From contig NIVC01000064.1 in assembly GCA_002269645.1 (NCBI GenBank), positions 186,001 to 250,000 of the forward strand: DNA of 64,000 bases, read 5' to 3'. The notes beneath the pieces were generated by a model that saw only the letters and a list, made by a program, of their open reading frames with translations, made no database searches and was not told the DNA's origin. Of this stretch, positions 1 through 22,300 are shown piece after piece. A program made the translations under genes and the position numbers. This DNA comes from Macrostomum lignano. Its lineage: Eukaryota. Position 1 is the stretch's first letter. Each line of letters starts with the position of its first letter.

Positions 1-919
1 AGTTTAAAATAAAGTATAGCAAGAAACAGACAGCAAAACTTATCGATTTCGCAAATCCTGATTATATATTAAACTACAAAAAACGAAAAAGTTTGTAACA
101 ATTTTTACTAAATCATTTCAGTTCATAAATAAAAAGCTTCATTAAGTTTTTTTGCATAAGCTAAAAGAGTAATGTTGATAAAACCCAAAGCTTAACAGAT
201 CAAGCTTTCCTTTAAGATAAGACCAATAAAATGCACGACTTGCTTAAGCGTGGACTGAATACGTACGCGAACACACGGATAGCTAGGTGTGTGAAAAGGA
301 GATTTTCAAAGTGTTACAGATAGATAAAATACAATGGCTAAAACACTTAGGAAATGATAAGAGCCATATACGTAGTAAATTAGCAAGCAATAAGGGAGTG
401 TGTATACGTTTTCAAGACAAGAATACGATAATAAAAGCTGACAATCAAAACCGCTGACAAGTGTCTGTCAGTCTGTTAAACACAATCAGAACAAGCAAAA
501 AATGACCGGGTGCTGATAACTACGTATATAGCTATTTAACTAAAACCAACGCTTATAATGCGCTTTGGAAAGAAACTTCTCAAGTTACAAACATTAGAAT
601 GCAAAACGTAATTATGAAAAAATGCTCGCAATAACATAATTTTAGTATTTTTAATGTTGTAAAACAGGTTAAAAGCAGCACGCATACGTATTTAGAAATT
701 GTAATATTATCGCATGTATATCATCTTTCGATTCAAAATTAACAATCAAAAAGAATATATTAAAAAGATCATAATTACTACTCGTAACTAGCAAAAAACA
801 TCAATCAATAAATCAGAAATATTTCAACAGGTAAAAAATTCAATCATTAATTTAAAAACCGATCAAGAAGCATCAAGAAATCAAGAAGAAAAAATTCACC
901 ATAACAATGTCCACGTCGC

Positions 920-3900
920 TCAATCCACGTCGCTCAGACCTTCGCTATCCGAATAGACATATTTAACAGTTGATTTAGAGCCACGACTTGGTCGATTGGC
1001 TGCCGTCGACGGGGCGGCACCTGAGGAGGCGCCGATTTCATCATCGTCAGAGGCGCCGCCGCCGGCGCCACCAACAAAGCTATCATCGCTGTCGCTGCCC
1101 CGTTCCCACGGGTTCCGTTTCGATGAGTTTTTGTTAGTAGTAGCGGTCGACTTTTTTGTTGTCGCCGATTTTGGTTTGTTGTCAGTTTTTGCTTTTTTAA
1201 CGGCCGGCTGTTTTGTTGGCTTCCTCGAGTCTGTAATTTTCTTCGATTTTGGCTTTGCTGTTGTTGCTGTTATTTTCTTTTTGACAGGCGTTGACTGACC
1301 GGCCGGTTTGAATTCAGCATCGTCGCTTAGCGAAGACAAAGAATCGTCGCTGGTATCGGAGCTGTCATCGGCAGCTTTGCGCTTCTTCGATGGCTGCTGC
1401 TTGGGCGACTTTTTAATCGTCGCCTGCTCTTTTTTAACAGCGGAAGCTGTTGGACGCTTAGAGTTGTTCGAGCCGGCGGCCGCGGAGGTGGATGGCTTGC
1501 CAACCAAGCAGGAGACATCGACGCCCGAGTCAGACAGTCTCTGCCAGAGCGGCTTAGGCCCGGCGCCACCAAATTCGCCGTCGCTATCGTCGAACTCGAA
1601 ACTATTAGCAGATGTTGATTTCTGCTGTTGCTGCTTACGCGGCGATTTCTCGATCTTATCGCCAGCAGCAGCAGTGGCGGCGGAAGCGGACTTAGCTCTA
1701 GCTAGCATCTGTTCGTCAATCTGAGGCGCTATTCTACGCGCACCTGGAGTTGGCAAGTGTTCAACACTAATCCGAGTTGATTTAGCCGCCCGAGCTTTAT
1801 TACTGGCCGCGTTAGAGGCGGCCAATTTAGCGGCGGTCAGTTTCTTAGCTAATTCTTCGGCTCGCTCAGCCTCAGCTTTATTGAGCTGGTCGATGGCAGC
1901 CTGAAGACTGTCTAAATCTTCCGACCACATTGTACGCGGCGTCTTCGCCCTTAAAGCGGTTAATTCGGCCGATTTAGCGTCTCGTTGACGCAATAATTCG
2001 TCTTTCCGCTCCCGAGTCAGAGAGAGCATCGGTAGGCTTAACAGATAGTCATAGTCGGGCCCATCGTCAGTGGCGGCGCTGGTGTCTGCTTCGTCTGCGA
2101 CGCTAAAATTGGCTAAAGAGGCCAGATTGGCTCGCCAACTGCGAACTGGATCGGAGTCGAATCCAGAACTCTGCAGCAGCTTCACGCAGGCAGCTCTGCG
2201 GGAGGGGCAAGCTGTTAAGTAAAGGTAGGCCTTGTTAATTGACAGTTAGGCTATCATAAAGACACAATAATACACACTAGAAAATGGCTAAGGAGACATC
2301 AGTAGCCTCATGGATGACTAGAAAGTGGCTAAGGAGACAATTAGCCTCACAAATGACTAGTAAGTGGCTAAGGAGATATCAGTAGCCTCATCGATTACTA
2401 GTAAGTGGCTAAGGAGACATCAGTAGCCTCATCGATTACTAGAAAGTGGCTAAGGAGACATCAGTAGCCTCATCGATTACTAGAAAGTGGCTAAGGAGAC
2501 ATCAGTAGCCTCATCGATTACTAGAAAGTGGCTAAGGAGACATCAGTAGCCTCATCGATTACTAGAAAGTGGCTAAGGAGACATCAGTAGCCTCATCGAT
2601 GACTAGGAAGTGGCTAAGGAGACATCAGTAGCCTCATCGATTACTAGAAAGTGGCTAAGGAGACATCAGTAGCCTCATCGATTACTAGAAAGTGGCTAAG
2701 GAGACATCAGTAGCCTCATCGATTACTAGAAAGTGGCTAAGGAGACATCAGTAGCCTCATCGATGACTAGGAAGTGGCTAAGGAGACATCAGCCTCATCG
2801 ATTACTAGAAAGTGGCTAAGGAGACATCAGTAGCCTCATCGATGACTAGGAAGTGGCTAAGGAGACATCAGTAGCCTCATCGATTACTAGGAAGTGGCTA
2901 AGGGATATCAGTAGCCTCATCGATTACTAGGAAGTGGCTAAGGAGACATCAGTAGCCTCATCGATTACTAGAAAGTGGCTAAGGAGACATCAGTAGCCTC
3001 ATCGATTACTAGAAAGTGGCTAAGGAGACATCAGTAGCCTCATCGATGACTAGGAAGTGGCTAAGGAGACATCAGTAGCCTCATCGATTACTAGAAAGTG
3101 GCTAAGGAGACATCAGTAGCCTCATCGATGACTAGGAAGTGGCTAAGGAGACATCAGTAGCCTCATCGATTACTAGAAAGTGGCTAAGGAGACATCAGTG
3201 GCCTTATCGATGACTAAGAAATAACTAGGATAGTGGCGTCCATGTTTTGATACTAAGCAAGAGACTGGGGATTGACGATTGCAAAAGCTTTTTATTGGTC
3301 TACTTGCTGCGCCACACTCACCGAGTCAAATCTTCAATAACAAGCCGCTTCTCAATCTTGTCAACAATGAACCGAGCCTGATTGTCCAGCTTCAAACTAT
3401 CGGCAGCCAGTTTGCCTAAGAGATAGAGCTTTCGTTTCTCATACCAGTCAAGACGAAGACTGAAAAATTCGCGCAGAATCTCTTCGACATTGTTGTACCG
3501 TTTGATGCAATCGTTCTGATCGAACAGGATCATGAAGCTAGTGGTGAGGCTGGTCTGCAACTTGAAGAATTTATGCAGGCCACTCTCTTCGGCGTCGCGC
3601 AGCTTGTCGGCAGACATTTGCACTACAAACTTGACTGTAGTGTCTGTGTGATACTCTTTGTAATCTTGTATCTTTGCCGGCTGCTTCTCCGTACCATTGA
3701 GCATCGGCTCCAATACGGACTCTTTATAAGTTTGAGTCCAAGTTTTCACTGGCAGCTCTGTGATCTCGACCGTATTGTCGTCGATGACGGCAATCTCGCC
3801 AAATATAGCGTATTTATTAGTATCTAATTCGCGTATCTTGCCGCGAAAACCGCGAAACGCTGGCAGCATAGGCTTGGGCTCGTCCCCAGCTAGCATTCGG

Positions 3901-6659
3901 CGCAGATTAGCTATGATATCGCCGACGTCAAAGTTGGGTATCTTAGTGCTCCAACCCGTGCCAATGCCGTCGGCGCCGTTCACCAGCACCATTGGCAGTA
4001 CTGGCATGTACCACTTCGGCTCAATCGTGAGATTGTCGTCCCGTTGAAATTCTAGCATCGGCTCGTCGGCCGAGTTAAACACGTGGCGAGTCAGCGGCGA
4101 CAGTGAGGTGAATATGTAGCGCGGGCTTGCCGCGTCTCTGCCGCCGTGCAGTCTGGTGCCGAATTGGCCTTGCGGTAGCAGCAGATTCAAATTATTAGAG
4201 CCGACAAAGTCCTGCGCTAAGCCAATGATTGTGCCCATTAGAGACATTTCACCGTGGTGATAAGAGGACAATTCGGCAACGGATCCGGCTAGCTGAGCTA
4301 CTTTGATCTCCTTGGTCAAATTGCGCTTGAAGCAGGTAAACATCACCTTGCGCTGGCCAGGCTTCAATCCGTCAATCATAGACGGTATGGACCGCTCGTT
4401 GTCCATATTTGAGAACAGAATGAGCTCTTTATTAACAAAGTCCGAGTACGAGATGGAGCAAGTGTCCTTTTCGTACAGGTAGGTCTCTTGCAGGCCGAGA
4501 TCAATGCGACGCCGTCGCTCGTCCATCCAAGTTGAGAGCCACTCTTTGCGCGAATCGGAGCTCTTGCCGAATGCCAGCTTAATAGCTTCATCGTCCTCTT
4601 CGCCCTAGATAAAATTGTATAGGAGAGAGCATATCTTAAAACTGATTCAAGTCAATATGATTTTAAATGATATTGGGAGAATAATGGGAGACTATGTTGG
4701 AATAAAAAATGACAATGAAACACTAACCTTGTAGACGAACTTGATTCTATGCCGAACCATATCGTTAAAGTAGTCCTTGGCCTCGGCAGAGGAGGAAGTG
4801 CCCAGACCTTTGTAGTACTTAACTCGCCAGGTGTGCCAGTTAGGAGTTGAGTTGCGCCACTCTTCGAACTCTGGCAGGGAGAAGAAAGCCAACTCCTGCT
4901 TATTCTTGAACACCTTTACAATTGGAGTAATAAACTCTTCAATGAAGTTCTGACGCAACAGCTCCGGCCATTTATAGTGCAAGAAGTTGATTATTAATCC
5001 TTTGATATGCGATCCATCCTGATCTTGATCAGCCATGATCATCACTTTGCCGTAGCGAAGCGTCTTCAAATCCTCCTGTGTATTGTACTTCTTGCTGTAC
5101 TGCAGGCCAAGAATCTTTACTAGATTGTTGATCTCCGAGTTCTCCATCATCTGTTGAAAGGAAGCTTCGCGAGCGTTGAGCAGTTTGCCTCTAAGCGGAA
5201 ACACGCCGTAGCGATCTCGACCGACAACGCCAAGTCCGGCAACCGCCAGACTTTTGGCCGAGTCGCCCTCAGTAAGAATGAGGACACACTCCAGCGATTG
5301 CTTGGTCCCGGCTAGATTAGCGTCGTCCAGTTTGGCAATGCCTTTTAGCTTGCTGTGCTTAGCCTTGTGACACTGCTTGTCAAGGTTCTGCATAGTTTTA
5401 AACTTGACCCAATTCATTACGGCTTCAATAACGCCACATTTCCCTACCTTGGCGATAAACTTTTGGCCTAAATCGCACTTTGAGCCAAACATTGATTGCT
5501 GAAGCGTCATGTACTCTTTAGTTTGCGAGTCAAAAGTTGGGTTCTCCACTAGGCAACGGCAGAACAACCATAAATGATTCTTCAAATTGGACGGTTTAAT
5601 CTGAACACCACCCTTGCCTTGCTTTTTTTTAACCACTTCGATTAGCTGCTTGACAATTTGATCGGCCAAGTAGTCGACGTGCCTGCCACCCTTGGTGGTG
5701 GCAATTGAGTTTACGAAACTGATCTGCTTGAAACCGTCGGTGCTCAGTGTGACGGCCACCTCCCAACGATCGTTGATCTGCTCGTGGACGGCTTTCAAAG
5801 GATTACCAGCGTCGTCAGTTTTATCCTTGAGATACAAATCGACGTAGTCTTTAAAAGTTTTCACACCTAGCCTTTTGCCGTTCAAATAGACTTTAATACC
5901 TGGACAAGAAGCTGCAACATCGTAAGCGCGACGAGTGAACAGATCGACCATGTCTTTCGTCAGCTTCTGCATTTTGAATTTTTTCAAGTCAGGCTTGAAA
6001 GTTATGCAGGTAAAGTCTTCTGGGGCAGCATCGGACAGGCGAACATCGAGTGCCTTGGACATGTTTGAATTCCAGGTCTGCTTGAACTTCTTTCTATACT
6101 GCTTACAGGATGTCTCCAGCGTGAACTCGGTGCTGAATACATTGCACAGCTTAGCACCGTAGCCGTTTCTACCACCTGTAACTTTCTTCTCGTCATCATT
6201 AAAATTGCTAGACGTAAGCAAGTGACCAAAAATTAACGTTGGCACAAGCATTTTCTCTTCCTTGTGCTCCACAACGGGTATGCCCTTGCCATTGTTCCAG
6301 ATCTTCATGACATTCTCTTCTGGTTGGATGTCGATTTTGATGCAAGACATGCTCGGATCGCGTTGTTTATTGTCTGCTGCATTCACCAAAATTTCGTCGA
6401 ATATCTTGTACAGTCCGGGTACAAACGTTATTTCGCGTTGAACCATCGCTTCTGATTCGGAATCGAATACCCACATAGACTGGGTAACCGGTTCAACGGA
6501 TCCAATGTAGGTGTCCGGTCGAAGCAATATGTGCTCCAACTGGGTCTTCTTTTGATAGGTCTTTTCAATTGACGATCCTTTGCCAGCCTTGGCGGAACTC
6601 TTGTTCAGATCCGGCAACGGAACAAGATGCGTAGACGCAAAGGCTTCCAAGTCCGCCAT
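920..6659 (-). CDS. TOP2: DNA topoisomerase II, about 1496 aa; exons 4728-6659, 3322-4604, 920-2195
   Basis: GHKL ATPase motifs (EILVNAADN, GGRNGYGAK), TOPRIM (LTEGDSA, PLRGK, DQDQDGSHIKG), active-site ASPRYIF and a K/S/D-rich tail. Introns 4605-4727 and 2196-3321 are GT-AG and join in frame (IKFVYK|GEEDDEAIKLAF; IEDLTR|AACVKLLQSSGFDSDPV). Confidence 0.97.
2277..3225. repeat. 41-bp minisatellite, about 23 copies, in TOP2 intron 2
   Basis: Unit CTAGAAAGTGGCTAAGGAGACATCAGTAGCCTCATCGATTA; period 41 read directly. Confidence 0.97.
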
Positions 6660-6858
6660 GATCGGACCTGCGCGTCTTTGCTACTTTTTTGTTCAAGTGC
6701 GCTGCGTTAGATTAGTGACTCAGCCGTGTCTCTTAAGGCGCAGACTGAAACGTTTAAAATGCAAAAATTGCTTAATAAATTTAATCGCACTAAATTAATA
6801 TACATATATATAAATAGGCTTTAGTAATTATGCGCATCAATCCACTACTAATTAAAAT

Positions 6859-7176
6859 CAGGGGTCCTCAAACGTTTTAACTCAATGGTCAGATAGAGAA
6901 CTTAGAGCATGACTGCGGACCTGAGGAGGGGAGAGAGGAGACGGAATAGAGAATGGAGATGGGAGATAGGAGAGGCGAGGGAATAAAAGAGAAGGGAGTT
7001 GAGAGAGAGATAAAATATGAGAGGACAGGTGAGCAAGCGGAGTGGAGAGGAGAGAAGAGATTAGAGAAGAGCGCTGAGAAAGGACACAAATTTTAAGCGG
7101 GCCGGATTGCTATTGTGAAGTTGTAAAGGACCCGAAGGCCGGATAGAGGCTTCGGGGGCAGAATTTGCCGACGCTG
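6859..7176. mobile_element. hAT-like MITE with GA-rich interior
   Basis: Ends CAGGGGTCCTCAAAC ... AATTTGCCGACGCTG resemble hAT/Charlie terminal inverted repeats; the 3' half recurs at 11875-12036. Confidence 0.55.
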
Positions 7177-7978
7177 ACTTAAAATTTTCATCTGCACCTA
7201 CATGCACGGCTAAGAAAAGCTTTAAACAAAAATAAGTTTAAAAAGCCATAAAATGCAAAATAACACTATATTTCAAAAGTTGTTAATACACGATTATTTG
7301 ACACGCATTGGTAACTAAACAGTTCGGATTATTTAAATTAAAGCTAACCTTGATTATATTGACTAAACATGAAAAAAATCAGAAAGTGGATCATCAAATG
7401 GACTCAAAACGCTTCGCGAGTAGAGAAACTACAACTTATTTAAAAAATTCTAAACATAATATCAGAAGCCGAGCCGCGTCAAGCAACTAGATTTTTAGCA
7501 ACCAGGGAAAGGAAGGTTAAACGCTTTTCAATCTACCAATAGCTGTTACAAATAGCTGTTAAATTTGCATTATTGCATTATTATGTTTGCTTCAAAAAAT
7601 CAAGCCTACACAGTGGTTTATCAATGGGGCAAACTAAAATAAAAACTAAAATAGATGCCAATATTTAAGAATCAATACGCACCGGAATTATTTATATGCG
7701 ATGGTGCAACCTATTTTGAAACAATTTAAGTAATAATGAAGATATATGATTTATTGATCAAGGAAAATTCTTATATTAACTAGAACTACATAGTGCCCGA
7801 TGGAGAATTCGCATCTTCTGTACGCAAAAGTTTCAAAATGTTTTATTTCATGTTTTAACAATTTACGCTTAAGTGCACCAGTATGTTAATCACTCCCGTC
7901 TTAATATTTTAATTTTTTTATCATTTAGACAAAATTCTTTGCTGTTTAAAACTTTTTTTAAAAAATCTAGGTAAGTTT

Positions 7979-9244
7979 TCACTTCGGACAGGTAGTGGCG
8001 GCTGGTAAAACTTTGCCAGTGCAGGCGCCGAAACCGATTCGGTGACCGTCGCCCTCGCACCAGCCGGTCATGACGACTTCGTCGCCGTCTTGCAGAAATC
8101 GCCTAGTAACGTCGCCGCCTAGACTGACCGGTTTACTGCCCTTCCAAGACAGCTCCAGCATCGATCCGTAGCTATCTTCGGTTGGACCGGAAATAGTACC
8201 AGAAGCGAGCAGATCGCCTGGGCGGATGTTGCATCCGGTCACGGTGTGATGAGCTAGCTGCTGTTTCATTGTCCAGTACATGTGCTTAAAGTTTGACCGG
8301 GAAACAACTGAAGCCTGAGCGGCGCCATCGGGTTTGATGCCAACCTCCAGATTGATGTCAAAGGTATAGGGATCGGAGTGAGCCAGGTAGGGCATGGGCG
8401 CGGGATCCTGGGTGCAATTGGGCTTGACAAATGGCGTTAATGCATCCATGGTTACCACCCAGGGACTGATTGTTGTGCCAAAATTTTTAGCCAGAAAAGG
8501 CCCAAGAGGAACGTATTCCCATTTCTGAATGTCGCGAGCCGACCAATCGTTCATCAGCACCATGCCAAATATGTGTTCATCAGCTTTGTCTATGCTAATT
8601 GGTTCGCCCATTGCATTGCCGGGACCAGTGAAGAATGCCATCTCCAACTCAAAGTCCAGCAATTTGCACGGGCCAAACACAGGCGGTTGGCCCTCAACTG
8701 GACAGGTCTGTCCAACTGGACGACGAACCGGCGTGCCGGACACGACAACGGAACTGGCCCGGCCGTGATAACCAACTGGCAGCCATTTCCAATTAGGCAT
8801 CAGGGCGTTGTCTTTGCCGCGAAACATTGTGCCAACATTGGTGGCGTGCTCGATTGACGAATAAAAATCCGTGTAGTCGCCAATAGTTGCCGGCAGGTGC
8901 ATTTGGGCACGCGATTGCGGAACAAACGCGCTCTGCATCAGGTGAGAATTGCCCTGCAGGGTCAGATTATCGGCGCTTAACAAGTTCTGTAGAGTAGCGC
9001 GAGCTTCGCGCCAAGCCGACCGACCTAGCGCCATCAGATCGTTGAGCACGGCGGACTCAAACACAGCCTGATGGGGCTTCAAGCAGGGACCATCGAAAAA
9101 CTGCTTCACAAGCGACAGGTCGAGAATCTGGTCGCCAATAGCAACGCCAATCCGATGACGGGGATCGTCCTCAGTGGAGAATATGCCGTAGGGCAGATTT
9201 TGCAAAGGGAAATGCGACTCCGGCATGACAGGAATGAACGACAT
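7979..9244 (-). CDS. FAH: Fumarylacetoacetase, 421 aa, intronless
   Basis: Motifs [74 protein letters not shown]. Confidence 0.97.
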   Translation of the reverse strand: MSFIPVMPESHFPLQNLPYGIFSTEDDPRHRIGVAIGDQILDLSLVKQFFDGPCLKPHQAVFESAVLNDLMALGRSAWREARATLQNLLSADNLTLQGNSHLMQSAFVPQSRAQMHLPATIGDYTDFYSSIEHATNVGTMFRGKDNALMPNWKWLPVGYHGRASSVVVSGTPVRRPVGQTCPVEGQPPVFGPCKLLDFELEMAFFTGPGNAMGEPISIDKADEHIFGMVLMNDWSARDIQKWEYVPLGPFLAKNFGTTISPWVVTMDALTPFVKPNCTQDPAPMPYLAHSDPYTFDINLEVGIKPDGAAQASVVSRSNFKHMYWTMKQQLAHHTVTGCNIRPGDLLASGTISGPTEDSYGSMLELSWKGSKPVSLGGDVTRRFLQDGDEVVMTGWCEGDGHRIGFGACTGKVLPAATTCPK

Positions 9245-11258
9245 GGCGCTGAGTGTAATGTAGACTGCTAAGCATGCATTATAAAAAGAAGTTATAATTA
9301 GTGATTAAATACACTTTTGGAATACTATTATTGTTACAACTAAAAATCTTAATATCTTTATAAGAAATCTACCCAGCTAAAATGCAGCTCATACGATAAA
9401 AGGCCGAGACAGCTTAGAAAATACCCTGCTAGCTTGGACTACAAAACCAAAAGCCGAAAAAACAGAAAGACCAAAGAAGCCTTATTCTTAAATCAAAGAC
9501 GGCTCACTAGGAGGTTACATTTTTGTCTGCCTATATTTGATAACACAGCACATTTTAGAACGAATATTTTTTCAAAGTTCTACATTTAACAGGTGATTGC
9601 TTTATTTCGAAACCTTGAATATATAGGAACGGGAAAAAACTCCTTCACGACAAAAACTTTGTTTCTGTGAAAAGTGCATCAAGATATTATTTACACACAC
9701 ATCTACTTCGATATAATTACGCAAAATTAGCTATTAATACACCGAAAAGCAGGGTGGAGTACACTAAGACGCATCATTACAAAGTCAATAGTGTTATTCT
9801 AAAAATATTTAACTAAAACGGTCGCATCGCACAGGTGTACAAAAATATTATTACTGTAATTACAAGCTGAAAAGCTGCGCAAAAAAGCTTTCAAACAGAA
9901 AGCAAAAATGAAACAATTTAGTATTACTAATAGTAATAGTGTACATTTCCGCTTTGCCGGCACACAACTCGCTACTTGCAGATGCGACTTTTCAAATAAC
10001 ATCGAAAGATATAATTCGAGCCTAATAATTCTGAAAAAATGCATCAGTAGCCTAGCGCATTTTAGCTGCATATTACTGTTACTAATTTTATGCTAAGGCC
10101 TTGAAATGGAAACACATTTAGAAATTAGTTTTGTTAGAGACTTAATTTCGTTTTATTGTTCAACAAGTTAACTTGGATTACAGGGTTACAATTAGACATC
10201 ATAGTGCTTTTACTAATGGGATTTGCTATGTTGCTATGGTAGCCAGTTTAAAAGATTACCCAGCTAATTAAATGCCGTCATTTAAAGTTTTTACTTTATC
10301 GGCGATTTTTTCATATTATAGTATTTTTGCAGTTTGTGAAAATTTAATTTTTTTGTTAAATTTCGAAAATTTCGTCAATATAATATCGGAAAGAATAACA
10401 AATAAAGCACGACAATCATCATCGTCCTTAAAAGAACTGATAGTGCAGCGAGGTCAGGTCCGCAGTCCTAGACGAAGGTATGTATTTTATAACACTTTAA
10501 TGCACTGCTTAGCGTTAACTGACGACACAGACAGAAAAACTAAGGCTATTCGAAGGGACACAAGCAGCTGACAAAAAAGCGTTATATAAAAAGGGCATAC
10601 ATATAGAGTCGGTTTGCGGTGCTCTTATCAAGTGCGTGACAATTTAGAAAGCCAACTTTAATTGCGTTTTAGAAGCAGAAACAGAAAAAACAATGAAGCA
10701 GTTTATTGTATTGAGTACATGGAGTAGCGCTGGTAGTGAAGCGCTGTTGAATACGCGGTTAACAAAAAATACAGGTTGATCGTTTATTATTTATTAATGC
10801 AAATCAGAAATTTTATATACTTATAAGCTTTACATTAATTTAATAAATAAATGTTTTGAAATGAAAAAGCGGTAGTGACTAAAAATAGTTACCAATGTAC
10901 AATACTATCGTTTCAATTATTATAGTGTTGTATATTGGTACTGTATATTCATAAATATTGTAGTGAAAAATAGAAACACATTTTTTCTTTGAATCAAACA
11001 CTATTATTGTCGGCTTATTGTTAGGAAAAAAAACAACTGAAAGAGAGAATCATCATTGCCACAAACAAGCTTAATAGCTTTTACTCAACAAAGACGCAAC
11101 TGATATTAAGGATGTTAAATAGGAACCACAGTAAATAAAACTCTCGTATCATAAATCGATTCATTTTTATTTGTAGTTCATTTTTTGGTACCAAGTGGAT
11201 GGTAAAAGTATTATAAAAGTTGTACTCAAACGACGCTGAAAGCTACTAGAAGTCCTTC

Positions 11259-19258
<8,000 letters not shown>

Positions 19259-20670
19259 CCCAACAATGTTAGTAACCACACGTGTAACGACTGAATGATG
19301 GCTGGATCCAAAGTGCTAAATTGAGATTGCATAATGATCTAGTGTCCAGTGTCTTGCAGTTTAAAATGAATAGCATTCGAATAAGATTTAAAAAGTTTCT
19401 AAGTCGTTTAAAAATTTTAAGACTTAATATTATATTTTATAGTACATTGTGACAGTAAAATTCTGTAACAAAACTTAATTTGTTTACAAGTGCTTACACG
19501 ACAATCGTAAAAAATATTCTTTGATAGTAAAGCCGAAAGTATTTACTTTTCACCGATCTCTTGCTGCATGTTGATATAAGTTCATATACAGCATGTTAAT
19601 ACAAGTAGATTTGCAGATAATTCTTCGCGGCACGTTGCAACAGGTCAATTATGTTGTCATTTTTTCGAATCGTTTGCAAAGAGGAATATTTTCATTGCTT
19701 TTTATAGCATTTACCTCGCAACCTGACAACCTGATTAGCTGAATTCCTCTGAATTCCGCACCCCGTGATGACTCAATCATGCGTCTCCCCGTACCCGACC
19801 TATGATCCTCCCGCGCACCAACCCCCGATCCTTTCTTTTGTTCGAAATTATAATTCATATGTATGCGTGTGACAGTTTGTATATGACCCCTATCTATAGC
19901 TCCCCAAGATTTTTTCTGTACCTGCCTGTTACGTAATGTCCATTGATCCTAATTATTTTTTTCTCTGCGCCCCACCCTTATTTCTCGTCCAATCGCAGCG
20001 CGGCTGCAATGGTTGTATCGAGGTCAAGGACAATTGTCACGGCCTTTAATATCGCGCATTATGCGTGCTCTCACGTGTGAAGCAATCGCGTGACACATGA
20101 TAATAGGGCTATAACTAAATAATTAAGATCCTGTTTTGAGCCCTGAGCACATCCGTACATGTACGTCTCTACCGACCTTTGCTTTACCTCCCTTCAACGG
20201 GTTTCGTCTGGACTGATCGTCCGTGACTGCAGCCGCCGCCGTGACCATCGACAGACCACCGCGCCAAACAGCCCCTGCGCCTGTCGACCGCGCGTCTGTA
20301 ACATCTTTTTCTCTGTTGAGCTGCCCTTGGGTATCGTCAGCCCACCTGTCTCCCCGACTCTCCCCCTCCATTGAATTCACCGTCTCCTTAATATATGTGT
20401 CTTTGGTATGGAAAGATATCAAGAAGCGGTTGCATGGCTTGGCATTATGGCATAGAAAAATTAAAAGCTGAGGGGGGATCAGAGAGTGGAAGATCATAGG
20501 CAGTGGCGCAACCAGGGGGGGGGGGCGGGGGGCGGTCGCCTTCTCCCTTAGGCGGAGACAAATTATCAAATTATCAAAATTATCAAATATAAACAACCCG
20601 GGCTGACTGCATGTCTACACATGTAAATAAAGGGATCTTGGTCGCATGGCGCTTGGTCGCTTGGTCGCAA

Positions 20671-21758
20671 TTCATGGGTGCCTTCGTCGCCGCGCTCGGA
20701 GACCAGCGCGAGGCGGAGTATTTCGACATCAGCACCACCTTAGAGCCGCTGCGGAGCAGACGGTCCCGCTGATGCGGCCAGCGCAGAAATTTCGCTGCCT
20801 GTCTGGCAGAGCGACCCAACCATCAGGCAGGCGCGGCTCAACATCGAGCGACTCCGCAGAAACCGGCGGCCCACAGGCGACGCTGAAGACGCGTTTGAGC
20901 GCCTTCTAGACGAGCGGCAGCAGGCCGCTGTCGACGACGCCGTCAGGTTCAGCACTGCAGCCGGCCCCGACGTGAAGAGCCGCGCAGTGTGGACGGCCGT
21001 CAGGACTCTGACGGGGCGCAAAAAGCGCGTGGCGCTGAACCTGACTGGCGACACCCCGGAGGAGCGCAGGAATGAATTGCGCGACTTCTTCGTCGGCATC
21101 GTGAACGCGCCCGCGTCGCCGCTGCCTTCCAGTTTTGCGCTCCCACTGGACACGCCGCTCCCACCTGACGTGCCGCGGCGCAGATGGGCAGACGACCAAG
21201 CTCGCACGCTGCCTACGTTCACCTACCTCGGCGGTCTGGTGCCCCACGTGGAAGAGGACCTCCGGCGGCGCAGAGGACTTGCCTGGGCGGCCTTTCGTTC
21301 GATCCGAGCCGTCCTCCAGTCTGAAGCGCTGCCCGACCGCCAGAGGGCTCGGCTGTGGCAGGCGGTGGTCGAAACCGTTCTGCTTTACAACGCCGAGACG
21401 TGGATGCTGACGGCTACGCTAGAGCGGCAGCTGGACTCGGCGCACTCACGGCTGCTCCGCGTGGCCTTTCGAGCTGACGAGAGCGTCGGGACTGAGGCCC
21501 TATACGATCGGACCAAGCTGCAGCGCCCGTCCACCATCCTGCGCCGGCGGCGACTTCAACTGGCGGGCCACGTGATCCGGGCCGAGGGCTACTGCCCCCA
21601 ACCTGTTCAGGACGTCCTGCTGTGCGACGCTGGGCCGCCCGACACTGCCAACGGAGCGGACTTTGTTCGCTCCCAGGCTCTGCGGCGCCCCATCTGACGC
21701 GCCCTGCTCTAACTGTGACCTTTTGCTTGCAGGGCCGCGTATTTTGTTGTTGTTGTTG
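20671..21758 (+). mobile_element. RTE-clade LINE derivative, 5'-truncated and lacking the RT core
   Basis: ORF 20972-21697 has thumb/C-terminal motifs (FTYLGG, AWAAF, VETVLLYNAETW, RRRRLQLAGHVIR) but no YADD; (TTG)n tail; 10-bp TSD TTGGTCGCAA at 20661-20670 and 21759-21768. Confidence 0.85.
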
Positions 21759-22300
21759 TTGGTCGCAACGTCGTCAACTACCGCACCATCCAGGAGGTGG
21801 AAAAAGTCTAGGGGCACGAGCTGATGGCTGTACTTCAGCGCCAGAGCACAGGTGCGCTTTCACACAGCCCGGGTTACGTCACAAGTTTGTACATGTACGT
21901 TTCTTATTTTACCATTGCCATTATTCCCGATCTCGATCAGTTTACAGGTATATTTACATGTACTGTAGTGCAAAAAGCCAATTCCGCATAATTTACCTTT
22001 GGCATTTTCACAAAGTTTTAAACTGGAAAATACGTGTTGATAGATAATGAAAGCATAAATTCAACACAATCATGATACAGGCCTATAGATACGTGTAAAT
22101 TCTTTTAGAAAATTTTCCTTATAATTAAAAAAATCTTTCACGCACGAGTCAGAACTAGCTGCTGAGACGTAACGCATCAAATCCATCGGTTGTACTTTCA
22201 CAAAGTACATGTGCATGCACATATCAATTATTCAGTCGCAAATTCACTGTTATGTAGAGCAACAGGCGCCAGCTCTCTCGAGTCCCTTCATCCCAGATTC

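Noticed and set aside
19760-19830. Possible C/D snoRNA (TGATGA at about 19786)
   Set aside because: No matching D box or terminal stem.
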